Notes under the pieces: model-generated
What the model was told of the DNA's origin: nothing
The model's database searches: none
Seen by the model: the letters and a program-made list of their open reading frames with translations, nothing else
DNA from: Iphione sp. A-MEVVRFRX5
Lineage: Eukaryota
Assembly (NCBI GenBank): GCA_976226885.1
Contig: OZ320321.1
Location: 20,894,001 to 20,958,000 of the forward strand
Direction: 5' to 3'
DNA length: 64,000 bases
Position numbers and translations under genes: made by a program
Shown: positions 38,385 through 50,776 of the stretch, piece by piece
Numbering within the stretch: the stretch's first letter is position 1
Layout: each line of letters opens with the position of its first letter

Positions 38385-38615
38385 GTTAGTAGCTTCTATC
38401 ATCCTTACTTTACATTTTCTTTTCGATCATTCCCAGAAATTCTACAACTTGCACCATTGCCCCAAGCAGTAAAGAGTTGGTCATCCAGACCTCAATTTCA
38501 GTATCAATGAAGGTGTCTTGGCGATCTCTCAGTATGTTTTGCTTCAAATCAAGTTGTCAATTTGGGGGATTTTTTTCCTCATGCAGAGTAAACATAGTTC
38601 TCTGTCCATAATTAA

Positions 38616-38786
<171 letters not shown>

Positions 38787-39268
38787 TAAGGTTACAGTAT
38801 TCCTTATCCTGTCCCTGTCCTCTAGCTCCAGTCAGTTAACGCTCTGTCTTCATCAGGAGCATTTGTATGTGGGTTTTTATTTTCTACTTGAGGGGAATTG
38901 GTGTTAACTTCAGGATTCTCCCTGTTAACTTAATATATTGTAAGCCAAAACCAAACAATCCTCGAAACGAAAGCCTGTTAGAACTGGGGGTACTCCGGGA
39001 TTTTAGATTGTGGATCTTGATAATTCTGCATTTATAATGCGTGGTCAGCCTGCGGATAATCCACGCTAAATAATATTTGAAAGAAAAACCCTTGAAAATT
39101 TATTACAATTAATATTCACGGCCAGTGTGAGATAATAAATTTCTCAGCTGGGAATTCGAAAGGTGTCTAATTTCCTCCCCTGATATAATTTATGATTACT
39201 CCTGTGAGATTTCTACATGCCTTTTCCTTTACCCATCGCGTATTGACTCCCCCCCTCCCCCTCTACAG

Positions 39269-39443
39269 GCAGCTAAAGGAGGCAGCCGAAGACGTTCGCT
39301 ACCGGAAGCGGTACCAGTTGGTATTTGGAGCGTTACTCAGCGTCGTCGGTGCAGCCATGAGACGCGAGTTCAGCAAGCAGGAGGACCTGGTCAAGATGCT
39401 GGCAGCCATAGCAGAGAAGGTCAAGGCAGCAAAGGACAAGGAG
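39269..39443 (+). CDS. PIK3C2A: PI3K-C2 exon 19 (QLKEAAEDVRYRKRYQ...AEKVKAAKDKE)
   Basis: ctacag| and |gtaggt, phase 2 to 0. Confidence 0.96.
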
Positions 39444-40740
39444 GTAGGTCATAGCGTAGATCTTCCTCTAACAAGGGAAGAGTTTGGTTCGTGCAATGAG
39501 GCCTAAACAAAACAACAGTTGTGTTTCCAGTCACATGCTGGGGGAAAAAAGGGTTGGTATAAGTAGGTGTATTTATTTACTTTTTTTTATCTTACATACA
39601 AATGTATCGGTGAAGAAGCCAGACAGTACCTTCCAGTCTTGGTACTATCGCTTCTACTGCTTGAACCTTGATAGAATATACATGCATATCATGAAAGCTA
39701 ATGATCTTAGGACCGAAATGGTGTATTCGTATGCGTCGGTGGCATTATTCAGTCCCAAGATATGGGCAAAGCAATTCTGAAATAAAATGTTCCAACACAT
39801 CGAAGATCAGGGTCAGTCGGGTTACTGGAAACACATATTTTTTGCTTAGGCCTAATTTACATCGCCTTCAGCTCATACCATAGCCAGATCTGGCCATAAG
39901 CAACTCATAGCTTTGGACCAGAAAAGTCTACCATCTCTCTACCAGATTCCTCCATAGTTCTCAGGGGATGAACTCGTACTTCAAATTTTGGACGAGGAAT
40001 AGAAGTCATGTAGACCACAACAGTGCCAGATTACACATATACCCATGTGAGCAATCCCATGTGAATAATCTTATTTTGAGATATTTTATTTATCATGAAT
40101 TTATAAATATTACCTGGATGTTTGCATCATCATTGACGCGTTACCTCAGCGAATGACCCAAGTGGTACTTGTTTTCAGCAGCTGTTGCTTTGCATTTAAG
40201 GCCACTGTTATCAAAGCTTTTGATATTGTTTTTTTTATTGAATTACACTTGAATTCAGTGGAGATCAGGCCCTCTGCTAGATTTGATCTCCGCTATATGT
40301 AGGGATATAGATGAATTGCTGAGACATGGCTGACTTCTTCGGAGCCTGAGCTGGCGTTCTCCAGGAGAGTATACACTGTCTGGGCAATCTGCATTGGTCG
40401 GTGGCTTGGTCAGGGACTGAAGGAGGCTCCATCGGCCATAGTAGGGACCAGACAGCAATCCAACAAGTTCAGCAGGGTGGGAAGGGACTCCAATGGCCTC
40501 TGTATGTGGTAGAGAGGGCTCGAACAACTGCAGTGGGGTTGGAGGGGGGCCCCAATGAGCCAATCGCGAGGCTGATGATCACACCGTTACTACATGTATG
40601 TTTACCGTTTTTTGTGACAGTGTCACAAAATGAAGCATTTTGATTGGTCAATTCACATTATGATGTCACAATTAGTCAAAGTTACATCCACGATACCTAT
40701 TTATTTTTAACTGCTGGTGATTGGGTCATTACCACTGTAA

Positions 40741-41067
40741 GGCTGGGTTTCCATGCACACATGTTGGCTCGGAGCATGCATGTCAGAGTGTGTTTGGTCT
40801 GTTAATCTCATAACCACTGCATACATGCCATGGCACATGTATTCACCATGTTTTTCATTTTACACATCTGTGACGACGAATCTTTCCAAAAACCATGCCT
40901 AACATGCCTCACTTTCACGGTGGAATGGGACATGTTCCATTCTTCAAACATGGAGCATGCAGACACGTTCCATGCTTCATGCCCCACGCATGTATCGAAA
41001 CCCATTTTTTTAAGTTGAAAACATGCTTACATGCTCCAAGCCAACACACATGCATGGGAACTCGGCC
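40741..41067. mobile_element. PIF/Harbinger-like MITE with TAA target-site duplication
   Basis: TAA-ggctgggtttccatgca ... tgcatgggaactcggcc-TAA. Confidence 0.85.
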
Positions 41068-41294
41068 TAAGGGACAGAGTGGGCTCCAGCAGCTGTGGCG
41101 GGGTTGGGATGGGGCAACTTATGGCCAGAGTATGGGATTGAGTGGGCTCCAGCAGAATGGTGGGGGTGGGACGGAGGAAAATTTCAGTAACTGCTTTAGG
41201 CCATCAACAAAAAGTTTCGGTGCACTGTGGAGTCTCAGTCTTCCGAGGGAAGAAGTGTGGCTGGGGTTCTGCACAAGTCACCGAGCGTGGCACC

Positions 41295-41652
41295 CTACCA
41301 TTTAAAAATAGACACACATATATGCGCGACCGTTAGCATGGGGATGACCATAGCGTATCGATGTAACTTCAGCCAGAGACCATCGATGATGGCTGCTGCT
41401 GCCCGGTAATGCTTGAAGTAGCTGCGGGAGGAGCTGCCACTTGTCACAGCAGCCGGGCGCGTTTCGTTACCCCCGTGCCTCGTCGCTTGGGCAGTGTTGG
41501 TCAGCCGGCAGCTCGGGCCGATGGTGCCCTCCGTCCTGCAGCTGTAAGGAGGGCGGCGGTACGTTCGGCAGGTCCGTCCGTAGTTGCGTAGCAACCGAGA
41601 CTGGCAGTCGGCGATGGACGGTGCCACGCAGAGGACGTACTGCGTGAAGGCC
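41295..41652 (-). CDS. Nested antisense gene, terminal coding exon (R-AFTQYVLCVAPSIADCQ...YAMVIPMLTVAHICVSIFKW*)
   Basis: Acceptor tttcccttgcag|G, phase 2 matching the previous donor; GC-rich coding-like codon usage; stop TAG at 41295; hydrophobic C-terminal tail. Confidence 0.85.
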
Positions 41653-41984
41653 CTGCAAGGGAAAGGCGTACGCAGTACCGTTTACTCAGTCGCACTAGGA
41701 GCCATGTCTCCAGTAGAGCTCCATCCTTTTGGCGTTTTCCTGCCAAAGTTTTTGGTCGTTGACCAACGGGGGCGGCCATACTGTACAGAGTTAGGGTCGG
41801 TTTCCTTAACTGCGTTGGTGTCCGTCAGGCTGTGTTTTGCTCCCTGTGCGTTAGTATACGTTTTACATGCATTTTCTCTTAACGCAGTGTTAACGGATAG
41901 GGGTGTCTATTGAGATTGCATTGACGTTGCGTGAGGTTGCACGAGGTTGCATGAAATCTATGATAGATTTATGATAGATGGAGG

Positions 41985-42212
41985 GAAAAGGATGAATATC
42001 ACTCTAAAAGCCATGAAAATGGCAGGGAAAATGATGAAAAAGGACGAATATGATGCTAAAAGGTGCAAAACTGGTGGAAAAATGATGAAAAAGGACTAAT
42101 ATGATTCTAAAAGCTGTGAATATGATAGGGAAAATGATGAAAAGGACGAATATGATTCTAAAAACTGTGAATATGATAGCGAAAATGATGAAAAAGGATG
42201 AATATGATTCTT
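41985..42212. repeat. ~50-bp degenerate purine-rich tandem, 4-5 copies, in the intron of the nested gene
   Basis: aaaatgatgaaaaaggacgaatatgattctaaa recurring. Confidence 0.85.
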
Positions 42213-42772
42213 AAATCAACAGAAATCATGGTCTTTCACCTGATTCAAAGGCCATCTGATGTATACTACTGTGCGTTTTGCGTCTGTGTGCGTTAAATTA
42301 TCGGTCAGTGACCATTAATGGTCAACGCATGGCAACGCACAGCAACGCACATGGAAACCTCACGCATACAATAGACACCCTCCATTGAAATCAGTGTGCT
42401 GGAAAAAAACGGATGGCAATGCACAAGGACACCAACGCATATAAGGAAACTGGCCCTTACGGCAACCCTTTTTCCCCACAACTTAAGTCGTGAAGAGTGC
42501 GAAGGTGTACGGACGATGGAGATCTTTTCGGACTTTCTTGACTTGAATTCATAGGAGAAATTTCGCATATATAGCAGGGCAGACAAGGGGTTTCAGAGTA
42601 GATTCATGGTATTAAGGGAGCGGAAGAAAGTGAATTTAACAGCGTGGAGACCCCCCCCCCACTCCCACACACACACTTACAAACACACACACGCATGCAC
42701 GCACGCACGCGCACGCACGCATGCACAGAGAAACGCAAGCATCTCTTTTTATTGTTGTTTTTTTGTACCCAC

Positions 42773-42960
42773 CTGCATATGTTATTTCCCTCTCCTGGTC
42801 GACTTTGAAGAACCACCGTATTCACATGCGCACGGTCTGCGTTACAACGGTGCAACGCAAAATTGATCGCGCCATCAGTACAGTGCGCTGGCACGAGGGG
42901 GCACCACAGGAGCAGCCAGGCCAGCGTCCCGGTAACCCCAGCACAGAGTAAAGTCAGCAT
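42773..42960 (-). CDS. Nested antisense gene, first coding exon: signal peptide plus Cys-rich start (MLTLLCAGVTGTLAWLLLWCPLVPAHCTDGAINFALHRCN...NNIC)
   Basis: ATG at 42960 (tcatcATG), hydrophobic N-terminus, donor TGCAG|gtgggt phase 2. An upstream tttcag acceptor (exon start 43004) implies a 5'UTR exon. Confidence 0.85.
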
Positions 42961-43415
42961 GATGATATAGCTTGGTTAGAGTCGTATGAAGTTTTCCTCC
43001 TCCTCTGAAATACCTGTCCGCCCTTCTTAAGTCGAAACACCCCTCAAGTCCTCATGCGGCCTACAGAACCTTGGCGTATGTAAAGAAGTCAGTGGTGACA
43101 ACTCGGTAGCACATTATACAGTCAGAAACATGTATCTGCCCCACGTCCTCACCATATGAAATGAATGATGATATAACTGCGATGTGATTGTCAAGCCGAG
43201 GATCTTTGAATCAGGTGTTTGTCATAGAAGTAGCCTATTTTTCCCCCTCAGTCTTTCGCAAGCACTTCGATGCATAGGTTAAATTGTCCACGTCGATCAA
43301 CGGATCGGATTTTTTTTCCGCTTGCTGGCTGAGATGCCAATTCCCTTGCCGTGTGCTGCCTTTTTGAGTCGTGATCGAACCTCTTCTGCTTCCTCCGGCT
43401 GGAGTCAGCGGCAGA

Positions 43416-43513
43416 GGCGCCACTGGCTCGCTGCGTACAATGGCGCCACTGGCTCACTGCCTACAATGACGCCACTGGCTCACTGCCTACAGTGGCGCCA
43501 CTGGCTCACTGCC
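43416..43513. repeat. 26-bp tandem repeat, about 3.7 copies
   Basis: ggcgccactggctcactgcctacaat units. Confidence 0.9.
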
Positions 43514-44178
43514 AGCCTCCTTTCCTACAATGAGAAATTCGACACCTTGGTTAGGGAGCAACCGCAGCAACACAATACCCACTGAAACTGCATCTCTTTG
43601 GAGGAACTCTCCCAGCTCATTAGGGGTTCCTCTTCACCGCAGAATACATGTATTTATTTTTTTTACCTTTACAGTCAAATTTAGGCGTATCTGGTCGGCA
43701 TACATGCAGCGCTGCGTAGGTTTCGTTCAGTGAAACTGTGAACAAACCAATCGTTGAAAGTTAGCCATCTCATAGCCATTCGCCACTACCGTTAGTTTGT
43801 GTCAACACTTAAGAATACGAACCAAGGCGAGGATGGTCAAGACTTTGTATATGCTTCGTGGGAAAATATAAAGATATATCCAGTCAGACGTCCTCTTATG
43901 AACACATTTACATTGCCAAATGCAGATAATTTGAATAAGAACAGCCAAAATGCCCATAGTTAATATATGTGACAGGATGCCTTCCATCGGGACAGGATAA
44001 TTCGGGAAACGCCCCGCTGTGGACATGGTTGGCAAAGGCGTCAAAGGGTGTTTATTTTGCCTACGTACATGTCTATCAGACCTCTAAAGTACCTAGAACT
44101 GTAAACAGGGAGCTGTGAGGATACGTTTTCTCGCATCATAGGCCTCTCCCTTTGAAGGGAGGGCCACACAGCTACATA

Positions 44179-44343
44179 TACAGTAGGAAGCCACCTTAGG
44201 AACTTGCCCCCAATAGGGACAAGCCTCTAATAGGGACACCTTTGTGAAGAACAGACTCTACTTGTCCTATATCAAAAGAAGTCTCCAATGGGGACAGTTT
44301 GAGAAAGAGCCAAGGGTGTCCCGAATAGAGGCTTTCTACTGTA
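44179..44343. mobile_element. TA-flanked MITE
   Basis: TA-cagtaggaagcc ... ggctttctactg-TA. Confidence 0.75.
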
Positions 44344-45828
44344 CAGATACAGATACATGTAGGACACAGTTGCTTTAGAGTGGCCACAACATCGGGGATC
44401 AGGACAAATCTCAAATTTGGACACTTCTGGGGAAGAACCAAGGATGTCCCGTTTAGAGACGTTCCATGGTATATGAAAAAAAAGGTATTATATAAAGTGC
44501 ACAAAGTTCAGTTAACGTTAATGCAAGTAAATTACGTTCATTTGCAAATACTAAAGGCTCCCCCACCACATTTCTTCCATCGGACTTTAAATCGCCTACA
44601 TGCATTTTAGTTTCCCTTATCTGAATAAACTTCTTAACTGAACGAGTTTTTTCCTTATGAACAGTGTATTCCGGATAGTGCTGGTGTTAAGTTAAAATTG
44701 TTCACAAGGTGATCATATCCACATTTGATCTACTATTATATTAAGTAATATTTATATTTATACACGCCCCTCCTTGTTACTCTGTCTCTCTCTTTCTCGC
44801 TCTGTCCCCCTCTGTCACTCTAGATATCACTCTATCCATCTCTCTGTCACTCTCTCTGTCACTCTGTCACTGTCTCTCTCATTCTATCTNNNNNNNNNNN
44901 NNNNNNNNNNNNNNNNNNNNNNNNNNNNNNNNNNNNNNNNNNNNNNNNNNNNNNNNNNNNNNNNNNNNNNNNNNNNNNNNNNNNNNNNNNNNNNNNNNNN
45001 NNNNNNNNNNNNNNNNNNNNNNNNNNNNNNNNNNNNNNNNNNNNGGCCACAGCGACCTATAGCCTCCTCTACTACAGGTAGAATCTTGGCATGCGAAGAG
45101 AGAAAAGACAGCGTGATTAAATGTGTGCGTGTCACATTCAATTGGTGCACTCGGGTGACAGAACCAGTAGTAAAACGTCTTTCACATTTGTCTCTCGACG
45201 ACCGGCCTTTCCAGGCGATGGGACCACACACGAGTCGGCCTCTGAAAGGGAAGTTTCACACATTGAAGTGATTTCGTAGAACACATCCATTTTTGCTGAC
45301 AGTCGTTTACTCGTATATTATTGAAAACTGAAGACGAATTGGTCCGCAAAGCGTGGCTCAAATAATCTACAGTAGAAACAAACCCACACAAGAAGAAGTA
45401 AAATAAGAGCAGTAACTCCAAGGTGTACAAAAACCTGACTTCCATTGCACAGTAAATACATGAACTAGTGTGTGTTTCCAGATATTCGTCCCTACATTGT
45501 TCCGATACACTGCTCATTCCTGCATTGCCGTATATCTGGAAGCATGCAAAAATGTCACGATCGAACATCTTGTTTTTCCGAAATATGGCAGTAATTTTTT
45601 TTGTTTTTGGAATAGTCATTAGAAGCTCTACCTTGTGCCAACCCCCCCTTATCATAGCAACTCGTAAAACGTGCTTTAATAACACGTTCATGATTCTTAT
45701 AAATGTAGCAAGTAATCATTACTTTGTTTCACTCACCTTATTAGTGAAAAGGTCCAGATAAGTTCAGGTCAGAGTAAAGAGAGAGTCCGACCTCCACTGT
45801 AGGCAGCTTTCAAACGGTGTGGTCTTGC

Positions 45829-46475
45829 TGTGTGATGTCTGAGCCAGTGTCAGGTCTGTATCAGGCAGCCACATACCTCTGCAGAGTGACAGGTTCTGTG
45901 ATGTCTGAGCTACTGCTTGAGGGGCCCTGTGATGTCGGAGCTGGTGTCAAGTCTTAGTCAGGCAGCCACATACTGCTCCTGAGTGAGGGGCTCAGTGATG
46001 TCTGAGCTGGTGTTAGGTCCCAGTCAGGCAGCCATGTACCTCTACTGAGTGAGGGGCCCTGTGATGTCTGAGCCATTATTAGGTCTCAGTCAGGCAGCCA
46101 AGTACCTCAACTGAATGAGGCATCCTCTGATGTCTGAGCCTGTATCAGGTCTCAGTCAGGCAGCCATGTACCTCAACTGAGTGAGGGACCCTCTGATGTC
46201 TGAGCCAGTGTCAGGACTCAGTCGAGCAGCCAAGCACAGCTCCTGAGTGAGGGGCTCTGTGATGTCTGAGCCAATGTTTTAGGTCTTAGGCAGCCACGTA
46301 CCACTACTGAGTGAGAGGGTCTGTGATGTCTGAGCCAGTGTTAGGTCTCAGTCAGGCAGCCACATACCTCAACTGAATGAGGGGCCCTCTGATGTCTGAG
46401 CTGGCATTAGGTCTCAGTCAGGCAGCCATGTACCTTTACTGACTGAGGGCTCCGTGGTGTCTGATCTAGCATCAG
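45829..46475. repeat. 66-bp minisatellite, about 10 copies
   Basis: gatgtctgag recurs at 45931, 45997, 46063, 46129, 46195, 46261, 46325 and 46391, with partial units at the ends. Confidence 0.95.
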
Positions 46476-46695
46476 CCACTGGCTGCTCTCAGGGCTCTCT
46501 TTCAGGTGAGCAGGGGAAGAGCGCAGTCATGCACGCTGCATGTAGGTCCGCTCGGCAACTTCGCACCCACGTGCTGCTCCGTTAGACACCGGGGGCCAAT
46601 TACCCGCCCGTCTTCCAACTAACGTTACTGTACGATCGCGAAAGTGAATTAGCCTTCCCTGCTCCGACTGTGGACAGGTGTAAGTGATCATCGGT

Positions 46696-46707
46696 TGTGT
46701 GTGTGTG

Positions 46708-46761
<54 letters not shown>

Positions 46762-46770
46762 CGTGTGTCT
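46696..46770. repeat. (GT)n microsatellite
   Basis: Direct inspection. Confidence 0.95.
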
Positions 46771-47733
46771 GTGTTTGTATGTCAGGAACCGGCGTGGTTT
46801 CTTCATTGTTTTGCCCTGCAGGTGCTCTTACCTGTTAAATGTTTGTGTGCGAGCGCCTGAGGAACCAGAGCTGTTTGCTCTTTTGTTTTTTTTTAAAATT
46901 GCCCCGTGGGGTTCCTACCTGTTCCTGCTGTATCTCCTCAGGTGACGGGGATCTCCTGTTAACGACGTTTACTTGAAAGAGAATAAATCATGCTGACAGG
47001 CCTCTTATTTTCTCAATTATCACTCAGGCAATACATGCCTATGGAAACGGAAAAATTTTGATAGGTTTACTAAACGAATTATGTTTGGGTTTCATAGAAC
47101 AGATTGTAATCGTTTCTTTATTGTGTATATATATATCTTGTTGGAAAAGAGTTAATCAAGATAGCCGTACAAGTCCAGGTCATGCATAAGTTTACACTGT
47201 ACAGTTAGGCATGTGTAACATGACCAGGACTCAGACATAACGCATGGGGGATGCGTATCTTCAATTACACACACATGTGCATCTCTATGTACAGTATAAC
47301 CTCGCTATTACAACACTACTTGGTTCCAAGTGTGTATGCCTGCAATTGCAAGGGTGATGGAAAAGTGAGGGAGCTGATTTCTCTCTTAATCCTGAATTGG
47401 GTTGCACCTGAGGGAGTGTAAAGACAAAATCTGAGGGCAGCAGGAGGACTTGTTTAGCATCTGATGAAGTGTGTGGAGACATGTAAGGACAACAGGAAGG
47501 CTTGTTTAGCACTTGGTGAGGTGTGGAGACGTCTGAGGGGGCGAGACAATAGATGCTGCAAGGTGAGAGTTTCCCTTGTTTTCCTTGATTCCTGCCTGGA
47601 ATACTGAAGGAATTACATATAGAAATATAGAGGAATCTATTCTGTTCCAAGGAATTGTGTGTGGAATACTGAGGGTACTGCAATAGTGAGGTGACGGAAT
47701 AGTGAGTTTATACTGTACATTTTACAGATGTAA

Positions 47734-48045
47734 GGCATTGTTCACATGCATCCATAGAAGAAAAACAGATACGGGTCCGTAGATGTGAAATACCTCCTGC
47801 AGTGTTTGTTCCAAGATGCCCTTGTATGTAATACCAGATGTTTTTCTACCACTGCTGCCTATCTAAAACAGACGACTGTCCATAGAAAATCTGTCTGGGA
47901 TGGGTTTTGAATACAGACCCGGGTCCACATCCATTTTGAAACAGATGCATGTGAACTGTATAGTGACATTTGCTATAAGATGCATAAATTCTGTCTACTG
48001 ATCCGTATCCGTTTTCAGATCATACGGATGCATGTGAACACCGCC
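47734..48045. mobile_element. PIF/Harbinger-like MITE with TAA target-site duplication
   Basis: TAA-ggcattgttcacatgcatcc ... ggatgcatgtgaacaccgcc-TAA. Confidence 0.85.
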
Positions 48046-48314
48046 TAAGTTCACATACTCTCTGTGTGTGAGATGAGCTGGAGCTGGCAGGAAGGGAAAG
48101 CATGGCCATGGGAGCTGTGGGAGGGGCCACAAGAGCCGGCAGCAAGGGGTAGGCGAGTCGCCTACGTGGCATGTAATACATTCGTCCTGTCAAATAATAG
48201 TAGGGGCAAAGTTGAAATTATCTCACCGCAGACTATGGAGTATATACTCAGTAGGCAGAACAGACAGAGCAACTGTGCATCTTGATTTACCAGAGCAGTC
48301 TTACCCCTGGCACA

Positions 48315-48530
48315 GGGAGAACAAACAAAGGGCAGCAAGTATACGGGGAGGGCACATTGCTGTCACCAGGGGAACAGACAAAGGGCAGCAAGTAGAGGAT
48401 GGAGGCACATCCGTATCACCAGGGGAACAGATAAAGGTCAGCAAGTATGGGGTTGAGGTACTTCCCTCCCTGACACAAGGAGACTGAGCAAAGGTCAGTA
48501 AGTAGAGGGAGGAGGCAGATCCCTGTCAGC
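48315..48530. repeat. ~50-57-bp degenerate tandem, 4 copies
   Basis: aaaggg/tcagcaagta recurring. Confidence 0.8.
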
Positions 48531-48927
48531 GTGACTAGTCAACCATAGGTGACCCTTAGAGGGGAGAATCACACGTGAAGTCACTGGTGAACAAAGGAAT
48601 GCCCCAAGCTGAGGGTGTGTTAATTCATGGCCCTCCTGGCACCTACCTTCACTGAGCAACTTGTATGGAAGACTGTCAGCGTGTATGGATGATGAGTGGA
48701 AGAGCGCCTCTCATTGCTACCACAGCAGACGGCAGAAGTCACTTTCACTCACGCGCTGTCACTTGATGGCTCTCTGCCCAGTGTAATCCTCCAGTGATTA
48801 ATTAGCCTGGGCAATTAGCAACGGCCCCACTTACTCAGCCTCCTTTCCCCTGGGCCATTTTGCCACAGGAGGTTCGTGTTTGCGACCTCTAATTGCTCTG
48901 CGTGACACTATTGGTCATGTTGACTGA

Positions 48928-49236
48928 GGCCCTGTTCACATGTACACTGACAAAAAATCTGTCCCGTGTGCGGACGTGGAGGGCCTCCCCGCAGTGTTCT
49001 CCTGTTAATTGCTTCCATATGGTCTACAGCTGTCTCTTAACCATTGTGTCTGTAGGGATCTGCATCCGGGTTCTGGACAAAATCCATGCTTAACAGTTTG
49101 ACATCCGCACCCGCATGCCGACACGGAAAAGTCATGACACATTTTAAGTGCTGTATTGATTAGAATAGGCTGGAAAATTGTCCGCACCCGTCTGCAGACA
49201 TGGAAAGGAAAAATCCTGACGCATGTGAAAGGCGCT
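48928..49236. mobile_element. PIF/Harbinger-like MITE (degenerate)
   Basis: ggccctgttcacatg ... catgtgaaaggcgc-ttta. Confidence 0.6.
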
Positions 49237-49791
49237 TTATAAACAAACTATGGTTTCGCTCGAAGTTGTGTGCAGATCTTACCTAAGGAAAATGATAGGC
49301 TATTGAGACCTTGGAAGAGTCTGCCTATCCGTTGGAAGTAAGTTTTCGTCGTAGATGTAGTTGTAATTCTTTTTGGTCCCATCCAACCACTGTCTAGAAT
49401 GTACCCCCAAGATTGTATGAGAACTTGTAGATTGGTACCTGTGCAGCATGCTGCACGACACCTTTAACCCATTCCAGGCGGCCACCTATCGGATCATGAC
49501 GTTACGTCACGGCGAGCGTGTAGTACAGCCGCACCCCCTGGAGTGTGCTTATATATTCAGCACATCTTAGACAATAAGATGTCCTAATACTGTCAACCAC
49601 CGTTAACCAATACCCACGCATCTTCCCACATCCCCGAGTCAGTAAAATAAGTTACAGCACGATTTTTTTTTAAACATACTTTTCTGACTATGTCACAAAA
49701 TAACACATTTTGATTGGAGAGGGGCCGATTGGAGAGCAAAACACATTGTGTTGTAGGGGGTGGACATGGATTTCAGTGCTACAAAATTGAT

Positions 49792-50020
49792 TATTCCCTT
49801 TTATGCTGTTGGTAGTATAATGAACAATAATACGCTCAACTGCACAACATTCACCGGAACGCGCTGTCCAGATAAGCAAGCTTGACTGTATTTTTGTGTA
49901 ATATATTCCCTTTTATGCTGTTGGTAGTATAATGAACAATAATATGCTCAACTGCACAACATTCACCGAAACGCGCTGTCCAGAAAAGCAAGCTCGACTG
50001 TATTCTTGTGTAATTTATTC
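49792..50020. repeat. 112-bp direct tandem duplication
   Basis: tattcccttttatgctgttggtagtataatgaac at 49792 and 49904, few mismatches. Confidence 0.95.
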
Positions 50021-50224
50021 ATATCATCCCCGGCTTCCCTACAGGTGAGAATGTGTTCTAAGGTAAATTTCACAGCCAGGGGTTGACGATGGAAGATGGC
50101 TCCTGCTCTCTTTATCTCTGACACTTTTGCTATTTGCCCATCTGTCTGCCATCCATCTGCTGGAAACCTCTAGCGCCCTGTCGTAGTGCATTGCTAACAG
50201 CTGATAACATTTTTTTTTCTACAG

Positions 50225-50329
50225 GCGGTGTTGCAGAGAGAACTGGAGAACATGTTTGACTTTCTGCAGCGAGAGAGTATTCACCTACCGATCAACCCGA
50301 GTATGGAGATCATCGGCGTGGATGCCAAG
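50225..50329 (+). CDS. PIK3C2A: PI3K-C2 exon 20 (AVLQRELENMFDFLQRESIHLPINPSMEIIGVDAK)
   Basis: ctacag| and |gtaaga, phase 0 to 0. Confidence 0.95.
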
Positions 50330-50683
50330 GTAAGACCCGGTCAGGGGTGTACACAGGGCACAGGGCTCCGCACCAGATCCCCAGCCAGTGGAAATCTACC
50401 GTATTTTTTGACATCTGGTTAGATTGCCGTACTCCATTTGATGAATAGTGTTATGATTATCATTCAGCGGGACTGTTTATTGAAGCCATAACCATAACAA
50501 AAATATTTATGGATATGTTCGCTTAAACACCCGAAAAAGTTGTGTGAATAACAGTGAAGGTAAGTGAAATAAATGATTGAAATAACTCGATAAGTAAATT
50601 AAGCAGATCGAAGGCTATAATGATAATGGGAGCGCATCGTTTTTCGTGCTATGCCAATAAAGTATAATCTGTTCGTCTTTCAG

Positions 50684-50776
50684 TCTTGCTCCTACTTCAC
50701 TTCCAATGCATTCCCACTCAAACTCGTACTGCGAAATGTGGACCCTAAGGCCGACTCTATCTACACAATGTTCAAG
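50684..50776 (+). CDS. PIK3C2A: PI3K-C2 exon 21 (SCSYFTSNAFPLKLVLRNVDPKADSIYTMFK)
   Basis: tttcag| and |gtatgg, phase 0 to 0; ends at the catalytic Lys. Confidence 0.97.

Noticed and set aside
40255-40563. 102-aa minus-strand ORF downstream of the nested gene as a possible extra exon
   Set aside because: Alternative start, no family features, and the nested ORF already ends in a hydrophobic tail and stop
41583-41595. X-box-like palindrome gttgcgtagcaac
   Set aside because: Lies inside the nested gene's coding exon and is explained by codons
45182-45691. 169-aa minus-strand ORF in intron 19
   Set aside because: AT-rich, random-looking composition with no motifs or supporting splice pattern
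45829-46475. Minisatellite as a coding repeat (66 = 22 codons) or a CRISPR-like array
   Set aside because: Stops interrupt all frames across units, one unit is 64 bp, there are no unique spacers, and the context is eukaryotic
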